Shown here piece by piece: positions 13,416-25,946 of a stretch of 64,000 nucleotides of DNA. Position 1 is the first letter of the stretch; the number at the start of each line of letters is the position of its first letter. The position numbers were made by a program, and so were the translations under genes. The DNA lies in contig NC_086373.1 in the NCBI RefSeq assembly GCF_036588685.1, positions 76,198,001-76,262,000 on the forward strand, written 5' to 3'. Source of the stretch: Mytilus trossulus (lineage: Eukaryota). Below the pieces are notes generated by a model. The model was not told where the DNA came from. It worked only from the letters and a program-made list of their open reading frames with translations, and did no database searches.

Positions 13416-14617
13416 CAGGATTATAATTTAGTACGCCAGACGCGCGTTTCGTCTACATGCAGAGATTGAAGGCCGTACTTTAACCTATAATGGTTTAATT
13501 TTTAAATTGTTATTTGGATGGAGAGTTGTCTCATTGGCACTCACACCACATCTTCCTAAATCTATTTAACACTGCACTCTGTTATAGGTAACAAATAAGA
13601 AAATGAAGCCAACCTGAAAATATCAAATTCAAATTTAGAAAATGTTTTTCAGGGGAATGATGGGATTTTCTTCCTGTACAAGACATTATTGCTGTATTTT
13701 GTGAAAGTTTCAATCAAAACATGAATCTTAAGATTTTAAAACACGTTTATCTTAGGTAAAAAGTTTGTCCTTCAACGTTTGATATTATATTTTTTGTAAT
13801 TTCATATATATTTAAAATACGTTCAGTTTTACAGTTTTACCATTAGCATACTGTTATGTAATCGAAATGCCATCGGTCTTATATACCCTTCTTCGTATTG
13901 TATAAATTGATTTTGATATTTGAAAAGTCAAAATTAATTATGATTACAAATTTTGGACAGACATGTGCATAATACGTTTTAAGAAACTAAGTTGTTATCC
14001 AATTATATTAATCTTAAAGAATATAACGACAAAACACATCGAAAGGGAAACATCTATGATAAGTTGTTCGGTTTTAATTCATAAGAGTGAAATATTTTTA
14101 CTGATATACTCCGTAAGTATAGTAACTCTTATTAAGAATCCGGTTTACCAACATATGATATAAAAGTTTTTTTTATAAGTGTTTTACCGAATATGATAAA
14201 ATAAAATGTTATAGTCTATTAATTTATTACCATTTGATTGCTTCTAAGATGGAAAGAACTCAACCACGTTTATGATTTTGGTGCCGTGAGAGTTGGAACC
14301 GTCCTTCTAGCTGCAATCATAATTGTATTGTTTCACTGTAGATGGAATATAAAAGCTTTTGAAACTTTTGTCACGCGCCTTGTTTGTTTAGATAAGATCG
14401 TATAATTGTAATCTACGAAATCAACAATTATGATTTTGTCTAAACTGACTTTAGAATCTTATGATAAGTATACGACAGGTGAAGACAAACGCCAAAGTTG
14501 ACAGGCAATTTTGCATGCTTCTTTTGACCGGATCAGTCTACAGGAATACCAAAATTGTTCCATTCCTATTAGATAACATTATAATTGTAAAATTGTATTT
14601 TATTACAGGTCATAAAC

Positions 14618-15832
14618 ATGTCTTCTGACACAACAAAACGACGAATACTTGTCTGTGGGGGAGGAAATGGTGCCCATTGTCTATCCACGTTAGCTGCCTC
14701 ACAGAACAATTCCGAGGTACACGTTCTGACATTATTTCAAGACGAGGCTGAGCGTTGGACAACACTATGTACGGATTCCGATGTAAAATTGACCATAATC
14801 AATCTTGATGGAAGCCAACGAGAGATATTTGCAAAGCCCACCCTGGTAACGAAAGATCCAGAAAAAGCAATGTCTGGTGTTCAGATCATTTTCCTTGTCG
14901 TTCCAGCTTTCGCTCATGAACAATATTTTAAGGCCATAGAACCACATCTCCAACCGAATACACTGATTGTTGGGCTTCCTGGACAGGCAGGATTTGAATT
15001 TCAGTGTAGAAGTATATTAAGCGACAAAGCGAACAAGTGTACTATAGCATCATTAGAATCATTGCCCTGGGCGTGTCGTATATTAGAATTCGGTAAACAC
15101 GCTCAGATTCTTGGAGCAAAAGATTCTCTGGGTATATCATACATTAAGGGAAAGTCGTGTAAATTACCTTTTCCAATAGTCGAGTCCATTCAGGATATTC
15201 TTGGTACAAAACCTGAAATTGAAGAAATACAGAACTACATTGCAATCAACTTGATGGCAAAATCTATGGTCCATCCTCCAATTCTTTACGGAAAATGGAG
15301 AGACTGGGATGAAAAGCCTTTACAGGAAGAACCTTTATTTTATCAAGGAATAGATGAAAGACAAGCAGACCTGTTATCTAAAGTCAGTGACGAACTGATA
15401 GCTACTGGGAAAAAGTTGGAGCAAGTCAAAGAGGGTATAGACATGTCACAAGTTATGCATATATATGATTGGTACAAAACCTACTATAAAGATCAAATAA
15501 CTGACAAAAGTTGTCTTATGAAGGCCATGAAAACGAACAGTGCGTATGACGGACTTGTTCATCCAATGATCAAAACTGAAAACGGCTACGTACCAAATTT
15601 CAATTACCGATACACAACCGAGGATATTCCATTTGGCCTTGTTGTAATGAAGGGCATTGCTGAAATCGCCGGAGTAGATACTCCAGTCATGGATGAAATC
15701 ATTTTATGGGCACAACAAAAACTAAACAAAGAGTACATCGTGGGGTCGAAGCTTTCGGGAAAAGATGTTGGTACCGCAAGAGCACCTCAGTCATTCGGTC
15801 TAAAAACTGTCGATGAACTTTTTGATACTTAA
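14618..15832 (+). CDS. Opine dehydrogenase paralogue 2 (possibly tauropine dehydrogenase-like), 404 aa, single coding exon
   Basis: Colinear with 2017..3222: VCGGGNGAH, PGQAG, ESLPWACR, MAKSMVHPP (H219), NYRYTTED (R331, D336). Acceptor tattttattacAG at 14607-14608. Confidence 0.95.
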   Translation: MSSDTTKRRILVCGGGNGAHCLSTLAASQNNSEVHVLTLFQDEAERWTTLCTDSDVKLTIINLDGSQREIFAKPTLVTKDPEKAMSGVQIIFLVVPAFAHEQYFKAIEPHLQPNTLIVGLPGQAGFEFQCRSILSDKANKCTIASLESLPWACRILEFGKHAQILGAKDSLGISYIKGKSCKLPFPIVESIQDILGTKPEIEEIQNYIAINLMAKSMVHPPILYGKWRDWDEKPLQEEPLFYQGIDERQADLLSKVSDELIATGKKLEQVKEGIDMSQVMHIYDWYKTYYKDQITDKSCLMKAMKTNSAYDGLVHPMIKTENGYVPNFNYRYTTEDIPFGLVVMKGIAEIAGVDTPVMDEIILWAQQKLNKEYIVGSKLSGKDVGTARAPQSFGLKTVDELFDT

Positions 15833-16513
15833 TGGCCTAAAAGGCTTTGAATTGTTAGGTTTTCTTGTTCCATCATATTAATTTATTAATTTATTTTTAT
15901 AGCTTATATATTTTACGACTAGTATTATTATTTTATTATAAATACCTTTTACAAAAAAACGTTCATTGTTTTATTTGTAAAGATTATGGTAACAGCTTTA
16001 ACATGCTAAATTTGTTTTATCTTTATAGTAAATCAGCATTAAATTCTCTTTTTCTTGAATTTGATAATTGTAAAATGTTTGTTCAATACTAGGTTTTATA
16101 TGGCAATTATTATACGGCATCTGCATTGCTTTCTTACTTATGCTAGCTGTATTATGTTGTTATTCGTGATACACAGTTATCTCTCTTGTATTAGATATTA
16201 TATTAAAGTTTTGTTAAATAATACTTTTTGCAGTCTTTGTTTTATTTCGCACTTCACCTGTTTTGAAAGAATAAATATGTTCACAAAGCGAAAGGGTAAC
16301 AACCATTGTTCTCCCCGTCAACAATGGTCAGATAACATTTCATTAAATATCCCATTTAAGTTTATTTTCGTAATTTTCAAAGACGGTAACAAATTAATTT
16401 TTATGCTATTCTGTTCTTAAAACTTCAACTTGATATTTTTTAATAAACAGATACCTTCAAAATGCATACAGCTATATCTACTTATTTTGCTGAAGGGAGC
16501 ACTTTAGCACTGC

Positions 16514-16595
16514 TATAAATAGGAAAACACATACAGTGTATATTACTTTCAGCCTAACCATGAATGCAAAACTAACAGACTAACTGAAGGTAAGT
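16514..16595 (+). promoter_or_regulatory. Candidate TATA promoter and short non-coding first exon of the TRIM-like gene
   Basis: TATAAATA at 16514 and a consensus donor AAG|GTAAGT at 16590 that could pair with the acceptor at 18581. Confidence 0.45.
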
Positions 16596-18597
16596 AATTA
16601 TATACTATAATAAACATATACATATACATACAGCGACTTGCAACTTTGTTAGTCTAATATGCTTATTTTAAATTAAATTTCATTTACATGTTTCGGAGTT
16701 TAGTATGACGTTTATTTTCACTGAACTAGTACACAACTTTGTTAAGAAATATCCTTATTTTAGCCACATTCTCGTATACAAATACAAAATTCAAATTGGA
16801 AATACACTTCTGTTCTGAAAAAATAAATACTAGTAGTGAAACTAGATGACTAAACTATAAGTTTGCAAATGCAGAGTGACAGGATCAAGACTAGCATCTA
16901 TTAATTTATTGCATAATGCAAATCACAAAGATTCTTTGATTAACTTATGGCATAACACAACTGACCCTAACGCAATTTTCAAATATACTACACTAACCTC
17001 ACAATGCTTTCATTCTTATACAACAAAGAGGTTAGAATCCTTTACAGCCGATTATTACTAATAAAGAATAAATACTATAGAAAAATTATCATCAATATGA
17101 ATGTATACATTGATATGTGTCAATAAAGTGAAAAGATTTTATAGTCATCAAGCGCGAAGTTTGGCTAGCCAAAAAAAACCAGGTTAAACCACCATTTGTT
17201 CTTAAAATGCCATGTAACAAGTCGGGAATATGGCAGTTGTTATCGCATAGATCGTTTATACTTTGCATTGTCGTTTTTTGTTGTTGTTTCACTTCAGTGT
17301 TTTTGTTTTTCCGGTGTTTTCCCATTATAGTTGATGTGTTTCCCTTGGTTTTACTTTGTAACCCGGATTTGTTTTCTTTTATTACTTTTGAACAGTGGTA
17401 CACTAATGTTGCTTTTGTTTAATATTTAAACAGCTATTCATAGATAGATAGAATGTTTCAAGATTGTTAACAGGTCTGTGGTGTATTTTAAACCTGTAAG
17501 TTTAGAGAAATTGCTATTTTTATAACAAACATATGAAGAAAAAAAATATTTTTATACCAACGTTTCAAAGGTAAAGTATAAGATTACATATACTCGTCAG
17601 TCTGTCTGTACGTAACGCAATTATATCGCACTTTTCTAGGCAACTACATTTCATAGCTCTTGATCATAAATGACATCAAGCTTCATTTGGTTATGCAATA
17701 AAATGTGACAAGAATTCAGCTCCTCCGATGATCTACTTCTTGTTTTCCAAATTCATAAAACATGCCAATCTGTAATCCATCAACATAACCGAAGGTGAAT
17801 GCTTTCTAGTATTTTAAACATACTTTCCTTGAACAAAACTGTTTCCGGTAGAAACAAAAAAGATATCGAAAAATAAAATAATACAGAATACAACACTGAA
17901 AACTATAACAAAAGCAAGAATGGAAATGACAAAAAAGCATAAATCAGCCAATGGCCACTAATGGGTCTTCAGCACAGCGACGACGAGAAAATCCTGCACA
18001 GAGAGGCGGGCTTCAGCTGGTCCCTTAAAAACTGTGTACTAGCTCAGTGAAAAAAGGGGTCACACTAAACTCTAAAAGCACGTTCTCTTATACCTCTAGC
18101 CAATGTAGAATAAACAAACACACAGTAATACCAAAGAAGTCAGAGTTCGATGTCAAAATAGGTAACAGACGAAGCAAATACTATCGACCCCTTTACAGAA
18201 CATAACTAATTGGTAAATGAATCATTATGACAACCACCATCAGACATCTTTAGTATGCGAACACATTATTATAAGTCTAAGGAAAGCACGACAAAGTCGT
18301 ACGTTGAAGATTGGTAAAGAAAATGAAAATTTAGGATAAGTTACAAAATGTGTTCAGTATTATGACAATTGAGGTGTTTTTACAATTTGAAAAAAATAGA
18401 TTAAAAATGTATTATTATTAATCAAATTCAATGTCATTTTACATAATTTCAATAAAAGAAAAATATCAGTTGCAGTTGCATTATTCAATTTTAAATTGGG
18501 TTTCAATTGGTAGAATTTTAAGAATCGCTCATAAATCTTTATGGTTAGTCACGTTTTGATATCTGACCATTTTGATTTCAGGTAATCGATTTTCAGT

Positions 18598-20523
18598 ATG
18601 GAGAGAGAAATATCGCCTATCAACTGTATCGAGCATCCAAAATTGCTCTTAAGTTATTATTGTTCTGATCACGATACAGTATTTTGTGAAAATTGTAAAA
18701 CTGAAATACATGGATCTTGTGCTGAAGTTCACACTGTTAAGAATGCATCCAAGTCAATAAGTGATGGCGACATTGTAAAGGCTCTCGTGTCCCGCATAAC
18801 AGAGGTAAAGAAAACCCTTTCAGGTACAACCGACAAACTAGAAGATAACATTGCTACTTTAAGCCAACAATATGACAGCATCAAGCAAAATATTTTCACT
18901 GCGAGGCAATCTATCAATCAGTATTTTGATTCTCTGGAGACAGAATTGACTAACCTTGTACGTGAACGCTGCATTAAAGACATAGAAGAGAAAATAGTAG
19001 AACTGGAGAGAAGAAATTATACTTTAGACCAATGGGAAGACGATCTAGAGTTAGCCATGCACAGTGACGATGAAGAAATGCTTTTTACCGTAGTGAAGAT
19101 CTTAAGTAAATTACAGAATGATATGGAATCATATTCAAATGACATTCTAGAAGAAATAAAGATAACGCATGTAAGGTGGACACCAATAAGAACAGACAGG
19201 ACTTCAATAGTGTCCTTTGTTGGCAAAGTGTCTTTGACTGAAATATCATCAAAAATTCAGAACACAAGTTCTTGTAAATCTACGAAAGCCTTGACACCCG
19301 ACTCAAGTCAGATTTCGCAAAGCAACATTGGTGCCGTTGATATTGCACAGGAATCTAAATCAGAGCAAGGTCTAGAGAAGGTTTCAATAAAAACAAAACA
19401 AGGTTGGGATCAGATTTCTAGTAAAGTTAAGGACGAGGAAGTTGAAGTTACCGGTGTTAATGCGGGCTTAAATCGGGCGTGTTCAAAAAACAACATGAAA
19501 TCAACTAAAACATCGACGGTTGTCGATTTAGAAGATGAACACTCAAAAGAAGTCAACGAGTCTAATGGCACAAGTAACCAAACGGAAATACAAGAGGATG
19601 AGAAAATAGATCAAGACAACAATAGTGAGAAAACACAACCAATCGAGAATTTACTGAACCAACAGGACGTCGATACTGTACCTAATAGTGCAAGAAAAAT
19701 GACAAGTACAAGAGGGTCTAGTAGAAGTAAAGCAGAAACAATTATTTATAGTGCAAAGTCTAAATTTGAAGCAACTAACTTAGGACGAAAAAATAGCACA
19801 GAAGTGCAGCGAGGATTATTTTTGACAGATGAAGGCATGTTATTCATGGATAAGACTAACAAACACATTTTCATATGCAATAAAGAAGGGCAAATGCTGC
19901 ATAAAATTAGTCTCAAATATGAACCCCAGGATGTGACAATGTTGGACGAGGGTCGAGCAGTGGCAACTATAGGAAACAATGGAATTCAAATAGTCAACAT
20001 ACACAGCTTACGAAAAGAAAAAGCTCACGATGTCGGGGGATTCTGTGGAGGGATAACTTCATATAAAGGTCAAATAATTGTAAGTGTTGATAAGAAATTA
20101 CGTTTGCTCGACGCTTTTGGATATACACTGCGTCGTTTGCAACATGATGGGAGCGCCTCGTTTGTCTGCTCAGATGATGCGGGTAAAATATATTATACCG
20201 ACTCAATGGATCATGCCGTTCATTGCATAGCATGGTTTGGAATACCAGTCTTTACTTACAGCAACAAAGGCTTAAAGTGTCCAATGGGTATCGTTGTCGA
20301 TTCTGATTGGTTCGTATACGTGGCTGGCTTTGAATCGTGTAACGTACAAAAGCTATCACCCAATGGACGATATCATTCTGATTTTTTGACTGAAAAGGAT
20401 GAATTGCATGAACCGTCTTCTCTTGCTTACAACGAGAAAGAAAATGAAATTTTAGTTATAAGTGATAATAATCAAACAGTAGAATTGTATGATCTGAATG
20501 ATGGCATCCGACATCAACAGTAG
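18598..20523 (+). CDS. TRIM-like protein without RING: B-box, coiled coil, low-complexity linker, NHL-like beta-propeller, 641 aa
   Basis: B-box2 pattern CIEH..YCSDHDTVFCENC..IHGSC, heptad-rich helix (about aa 60-200), S/T/E/K-rich linker, and C-terminal NHL-like repeats (PQDVTM, GKIYYTD, CPMGIVVDSDWFVYVAG, EPSSLAYN). Acceptor AG at 18580-18581, followed by an in-frame TAA before the ATG. Confidence 0.85.
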   Translation: MEREISPINCIEHPKLLLSYYCSDHDTVFCENCKTEIHGSCAEVHTVKNASKSISDGDIVKALVSRITEVKKTLSGTTDKLEDNIATLSQQYDSIKQNIFTARQSINQYFDSLETELTNLVRERCIKDIEEKIVELERRNYTLDQWEDDLELAMHSDDEEMLFTVVKILSKLQNDMESYSNDILEEIKITHVRWTPIRTDRTSIVSFVGKVSLTEISSKIQNTSSCKSTKALTPDSSQISQSNIGAVDIAQESKSEQGLEKVSIKTKQGWDQISSKVKDEEVEVTGVNAGLNRACSKNNMKSTKTSTVVDLEDEHSKEVNESNGTSNQTEIQEDEKIDQDNNSEKTQPIENLLNQQDVDTVPNSARKMTSTRGSSRSKAETIIYSAKSKFEATNLGRKNSTEVQRGLFLTDEGMLFMDKTNKHIFICNKEGQMLHKISLKYEPQDVTMLDEGRAVATIGNNGIQIVNIHSLRKEKAHDVGGFCGGITSYKGQIIVSVDKKLRLLDAFGYTLRRLQHDGSASFVCSDDAGKIYYTDSMDHAVHCIAWFGIPVFTYSNKGLKCPMGIVVDSDWFVYVAGFESCNVQKLSPNGRYHSDFLTEKDELHEPSSLAYNEKENEILVISDNNQTVELYDLNDGIRHQQ

Positions 20524-22350
20524 AAATGTTATTCAAGGGTTTATATAATGTTCAGATTTCTGTTGTCTCCAGAACTTAAAATGTTATAACATTATTACAA
20601 GGCTTATCCCAAGTATAATTAAAGGGGAAATGTATTCATTAGCACAGGTGAAAAATATAATCATGATAAATGTCAATCATATATATAAATATATATTGAT
20701 CAATCTGCACATGTTATAATAATGGTACCTGAAATTCTGAAATAAATAAAACCGTATTCATTCCAGATTCCAGGAATTTGTCTTCATCTTGACTTAAATT
20801 TCCCTAGGCATTTCGAATGACAATCAATTATTAGAATTATGTGTTAATTTGAATTACAAATTGGCAGAAAGGGGTAACGATACAATCGCCTTTCACTTTG
20901 ACAATTACGTATAATTCAAGGGGTGAAAAAAGGGTACGGACATCTTCATTTGACTCTTAAGAAAGCTAATAATCCTCGTTTTTGAAATGACAACAGATAA
21001 ATAAAGGCATCAGCAGTATACCGCTGTTCAAACGTCATAAATCGATTGCGAGAAAACAAATCCGGGTTACAACTTAAACAGAGGGAAACTCGTCAACTAT
21101 CAGAGGAAACCAACGAAACAACAGAAACAATAAGCGCAACAGAAAAACAAGCTATAATGCAACATACATAGAAACTAGCTATTAGATAATAGCTGTCATA
21201 TTCCTGACTTGGTACATGACATTTGAGAAAAATGGTGGGTGATAATAGTTTCGTGGCTAGCCAAACCTCGCGTTTTATGGGAATATTAAGTATACGGCTA
21301 AAATGACAACATTACATGGCAGGAATACAGTACAAACAAATAACAAACCAGGCCCATATGATGATCATGATGTCTTATGAGAGAATCCATGGATCCGGAG
21401 TAACTAACAGGCATGTTTATAATACTTTCTTTATTTCTACCACCGACTTCAATATCTCTAAACAGCCTTAATCGCTAATCTGGATCTTTATCCGGTGTTT
21501 TCAATAGCTACTCTCAATCGGCAGTCAATGAATCCATACTTTATTTTTGGCAAACCTGATTCTGACTATTTATAGAAAATGATGAAAAGTGATTTTACAA
21601 AAGTTTTTCTCCTCATAAATCCCTTGTCATTAATTAAACTTCCACATGTAATTCCTCTGGGCACCTTCTGTTTGTTTTGTATTTAATACGAATAATTTTT
21701 AGGTTTTCACTTAGCTAATCATGAACTTTGAACAGCGGTATACTACTGTTGCCTTTATTTGTCCTTGTTTAATTTGGAGTCGGGAGTACCTGATTTGTAT
21801 ATGCAGCTTTTCTAAAAGACGTATTGTCTTTTGTCTTTTAGATTGAATCTTTCTTAAAACCATAATCATATCATGTAATGGTGCACCTTGTTTTGATTCA
21901 AATGATTGGAGTTTCCTGAAAGCAAATCATGTTTGTAAATTCCGAAAGCATGCTGAAGACTCACTGAAAACTACGACAAAAATTGTTACAAAGTAGCTCC
22001 AAACGTTTTTAACGGTCATCCATTTTTGAGATGTGCTTCTTTTGTAACAGAATTAAATATTTCTTGAAATGAATGATGCTTAATGTGAATCTTCTTGACA
22101 GTCAAAATGCATGCCTCATACATACCTATCAATTTACCCTATTAGCTTGCTGAAACGATCTGAATGCTAGTTTTAAAAAATGTATCATCTCGTGCATTTT
22201 ACATACATGACTTTTGAAAATAAGTGAGGTAAAACGCTATTATCAAAGCTCGCCTTCAAAGATTGTTTTTAATTTTAAATTGAAAAGATACCCGCCTGGA
22301 TGAATTTTTATAATCTGTTTGCAATGTTAACATTCTGTTACCCGTATGAA

Positions 22351-22982
22351 TTTTTATGCCCCACCTACGATAACAGAGGGGCATTATGTTTTCTGGTCTA
22401 GTCTGTGGCTCCGTTCGTTCGTCCGTCCGTTCGTTCGTTCGTCCGCAGGTTAAAGTTTTTAGTCAAGGTAGTTTTTGATGAAGCCGAAGTACAATCAATT
22501 TGAAACTTAGTACACTTGTTGCTTATGATATGATCTTTCTAATTTTAAAGCCATATTAGACTTTTGACCCCAATTTCACGGTCAACTGAACATAGAAAAT
22601 GAAAGTGAGAGTTTCAGGTTAAAGTTTTTGGTCAAGGTAGTTTTTGATGAAGCTGAAGTCCAATCAACTTGAAACTTAGTACACTAGATGCTTTTGATAT
22701 AACCTTTCTAATTTTAAAGCCAAATCGGACTTTTGACCTCAATATCACGGTCCACTGAACATAGAAAATGAAAGTGGGAGTTTCAGGTTAAAGTTTTTAG
22801 TCAAGGTAGTTTTTGATGAAGCTGAAGTCCAATAAACTTGAAACTTAGTACACTTGATGCTTATGATATGACCTTTTAAATTTTAAAGCCGAATTAGACT
22901 TTTGACCCATTTAAACGGTCCATGAAACATGGAAAATGAAAGTGCCAGTGGGGCATCCATGTATTTTGGACACATTCTTGTT
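22351..22982 (+). mobile_element. Same HINE-type family with three ~169-bp internal tandem units
   Basis: Same ends as 6647-6931; caggttaaagttttt at 22446, 22615 and 22784. Confidence 0.8.
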
Positions 22983-25946
22983 ATAATTTGTTTGCAATGT
23001 TAACATTCTGTTACACAGTATGACTTCTAGATGTCAACTTTCGATGAACTTTTGTTAATGGGATATTGTATAAATTACCTGTACCCACACATCTCCAGAG
23101 CGAGACCTTTTAAATAAATGTCGGCTTTTTGTTAAACTATTAGTGTCTTGTAATATACTGTTGTTCAAGAATTATTTCAACATTTAAAGAGATTTGAAAC
23201 TATTCCTGAAATAAACATATTTAAATTTGAGATTAAACAAAACAGTTTCATTTACTTTTTTAAGATATACTATTATCATACCAACGTTTTTTTATAAGAA
23301 GGTTTGATATCTGGAGCATCCATATCGTCTCTACATGTATCAAAATTGCTTCACACAAATTCAATAATAGATCCAGATTTAACTGACTGTGTTACGATTG
23401 TCTATGCTACTTACTAGTATCTTTAACTAATTGTGAAATAACAATCATACAGAAGGTCTATTGGAAATAGTGATACTTCAATAGAAGTTGGCCTACTGTA
23501 CATTATAATATTTGCATTTAACCACAGTATGAATGCAGCCTGATACAAGCGCAGATGTTGAACCCTGAACTGTTGTGGCCAATTTGGACACAATATTCAA
23601 GCTTGATACTGTCTGAATTTGGATTGTGATCAAATTTTGTTGACATAGTATAGGTTTCTGACACAAAATAAATGTCAAGATCTTACAAATCTATTGCGCA
23701 ATACTGTGCACATTAAAAATTCTTCTTGAAAATTTTCAAAAATTTGAAATTTTTAAACTTTGAGACAAAAATTTGAACCTCTTAAAAAATTGGAACCCCA
23801 AAATTTTGAATCCCCTCTTGAAGCAATTACTCCCAACACTGAATTCCAGCCTTTCCTTTGTAGCATGGAACCTTGTATAATTTCGGAGAGATCCATACTC
23901 TTAAACACAAGTTATCGTCTTGAAACTAGAAAAACTTTGCACCTTTTTTGTCCTTTATTCCTAAACAGTTGGCACTTTAACCCTCAAAATTGATCAAAAC
24001 CTTCTACATGTTTTATTCAACATTGTGGTACAGTTTCAGAGTAATTGAAAAACTTATACACAAGTTATTATTCTGAAAGTAGAAAAATGCTTGTTTTGGC
24101 CCTTTTTGAGGCCCTAATTCCTAAACGGTTAGGACCTTCTTTTTGAGAAATTGAACCTTCTTATCATATTTCATAGAGATCCCTTGACTTAAACTGAAGT
24201 TATTTTTTGCAAACCAAATGTGACATCGGACTACACAGACGACAACTACATCATACCATTAAACGACCCCAAAAATAAATTTGCAGTTGTATAAAAAAAC
24301 AAAACTATGGATTTATTTTATGTTTTTATTATTGTTAAACAAAAACCATCTACCATATCTTAATTCACATCAACAGAAAATATAAGATTTAGGAACACAA
24401 ACAAGGATGATATCAACAATGTGAAACGTAACAGAATAGTATTCAATAATGAAAATTATGCAAATCAAATTGTAAAATATGACATTGGTTGCACAACATA
24501 AACCAAATCAATTATTTCACAAAAACCACAAAGACCTCTTCATTTCATTTGGTTCTGGTGATTTCTATATTACATTAAAACTGAAGTAAATTAGTCGATG
24601 TGGTTTTTTTCAAATCTCTGCTCTTGCATAAACATGAATATGGGAAAACAAATCAGTAAAGATACCAAGTTATTTGCATTGTTATTTAGAACATTTCTTG
24701 GGTTTTAAAACTGGCTAAACAATTATTTGCATTGCCTTGATGAATCCATTCATTGATTGTCAGTGATAAATGAAATAATGGAACAAGTTCTGAACATTTT
24801 TTTTTACAATTACTATGAATAAAAGGAGAAGTGGTGAATATGTCAACCCAGTGAGAAAAAAAAACAATATGCATGTATGTCATAAACATTTGGGTACAGG
24901 GTTCACTCCATATGGTATCTATCACCTTAATGTCCTCTAAAATTTTGCTGTTTTTAAAAGGCAGCTAAATTTAAACAGTGAGGCAAGTAAAATTTTGAGA
25001 CAAAACAATTCACCATACAATAGTTTATATATCAAATGGTATAAATTTTGATATAATAAAGACTTGTTAATTTTTTTAAGATTATAATCCTTGAAAACCA
25101 TACAACATGGATATTAGTTCTCATAAATAGACAAATTTCAATGATAAAACATTCACTGTCCGTCATATTTTACCCTTAAATGACCAAATAACATCTTTGA
25201 GACAATGAATAATAGTTGCTTTCCCTGATAAGTTTACATTTATGGAAAAATTAGGAGATTTCCTCAATTGAAAAATATTTTGATTTTAAGTGTGATAATT
25301 ATTGTAAGAGGTCTACCTCCATATTCCAGTTTGATTTATCCCATTCAAGTAGTGAAAACTAAACAATAACCAGATCAGTATATTATAGATAGGTTTTGAA
25401 TGACATAATTTAAAGTTAAGAGTTGTTTCCCTTGTCCAACTTTTTTGAGTGATAAATTGATGATTTTTTATTTGACAACCAAATTGAAATATGTGATATG
25501 CACCGGTCTGATAAAAGATACTTACCAAATGGAAGTAATGAATTAATCATGGCTTAAACAATTGAAACTTTTTACGTAAAAAAACAAGTTGAATAGGGTT
25601 GATTCTCCAACATTGTAACAAAAAGGAAGTACCGGTACCTCTTTTTCAAACTGTGACAATCAAAAGCTGTCTTGTCAAGAAAGATCTTAACAAAATATAT
25701 ACATATGCACCAGGCATTGTAAACAAAAATGTAAATAAACAAAAGTATCAATTGACAGATTTTAAACTGCAATGTAATGTGATATCTGTTAAAAATAGTA
25801 CATGTAAGTTTTTTCAATGAGACATACAATAGCACAAGATTAAATCTCCTCAGATACATACACATTATAGCGAGGCACTGTTATTATTTTAACTTCCACA
25901 AGTATGATGTAAAACATGAAAAATGGCCTTGCATTATAAGCCTCAA

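Noticed and set aside
2017-15832. Bacterial contamination or recent transfer of the opine dehydrogenases
   Set aside because: Splice acceptors, a poly(A) signal, host-like composition and surrounding animal repeats show established host genes.
15865-17422. Short hydrophobic ORFs downstream of opine dehydrogenase 2
   Set aside because: Several begin at non-ATG codons, composition reflects AT-rich UTR or repeat sequence, and there are no motifs.
22309-23023. ~42-bp direct repeats flanking the HINE element as a long target duplication
   Set aside because: The copies are diverged and the element sits in a T-run inside the second unit of an older ~46-bp tandem duplication; Helentrons do not make such duplications.
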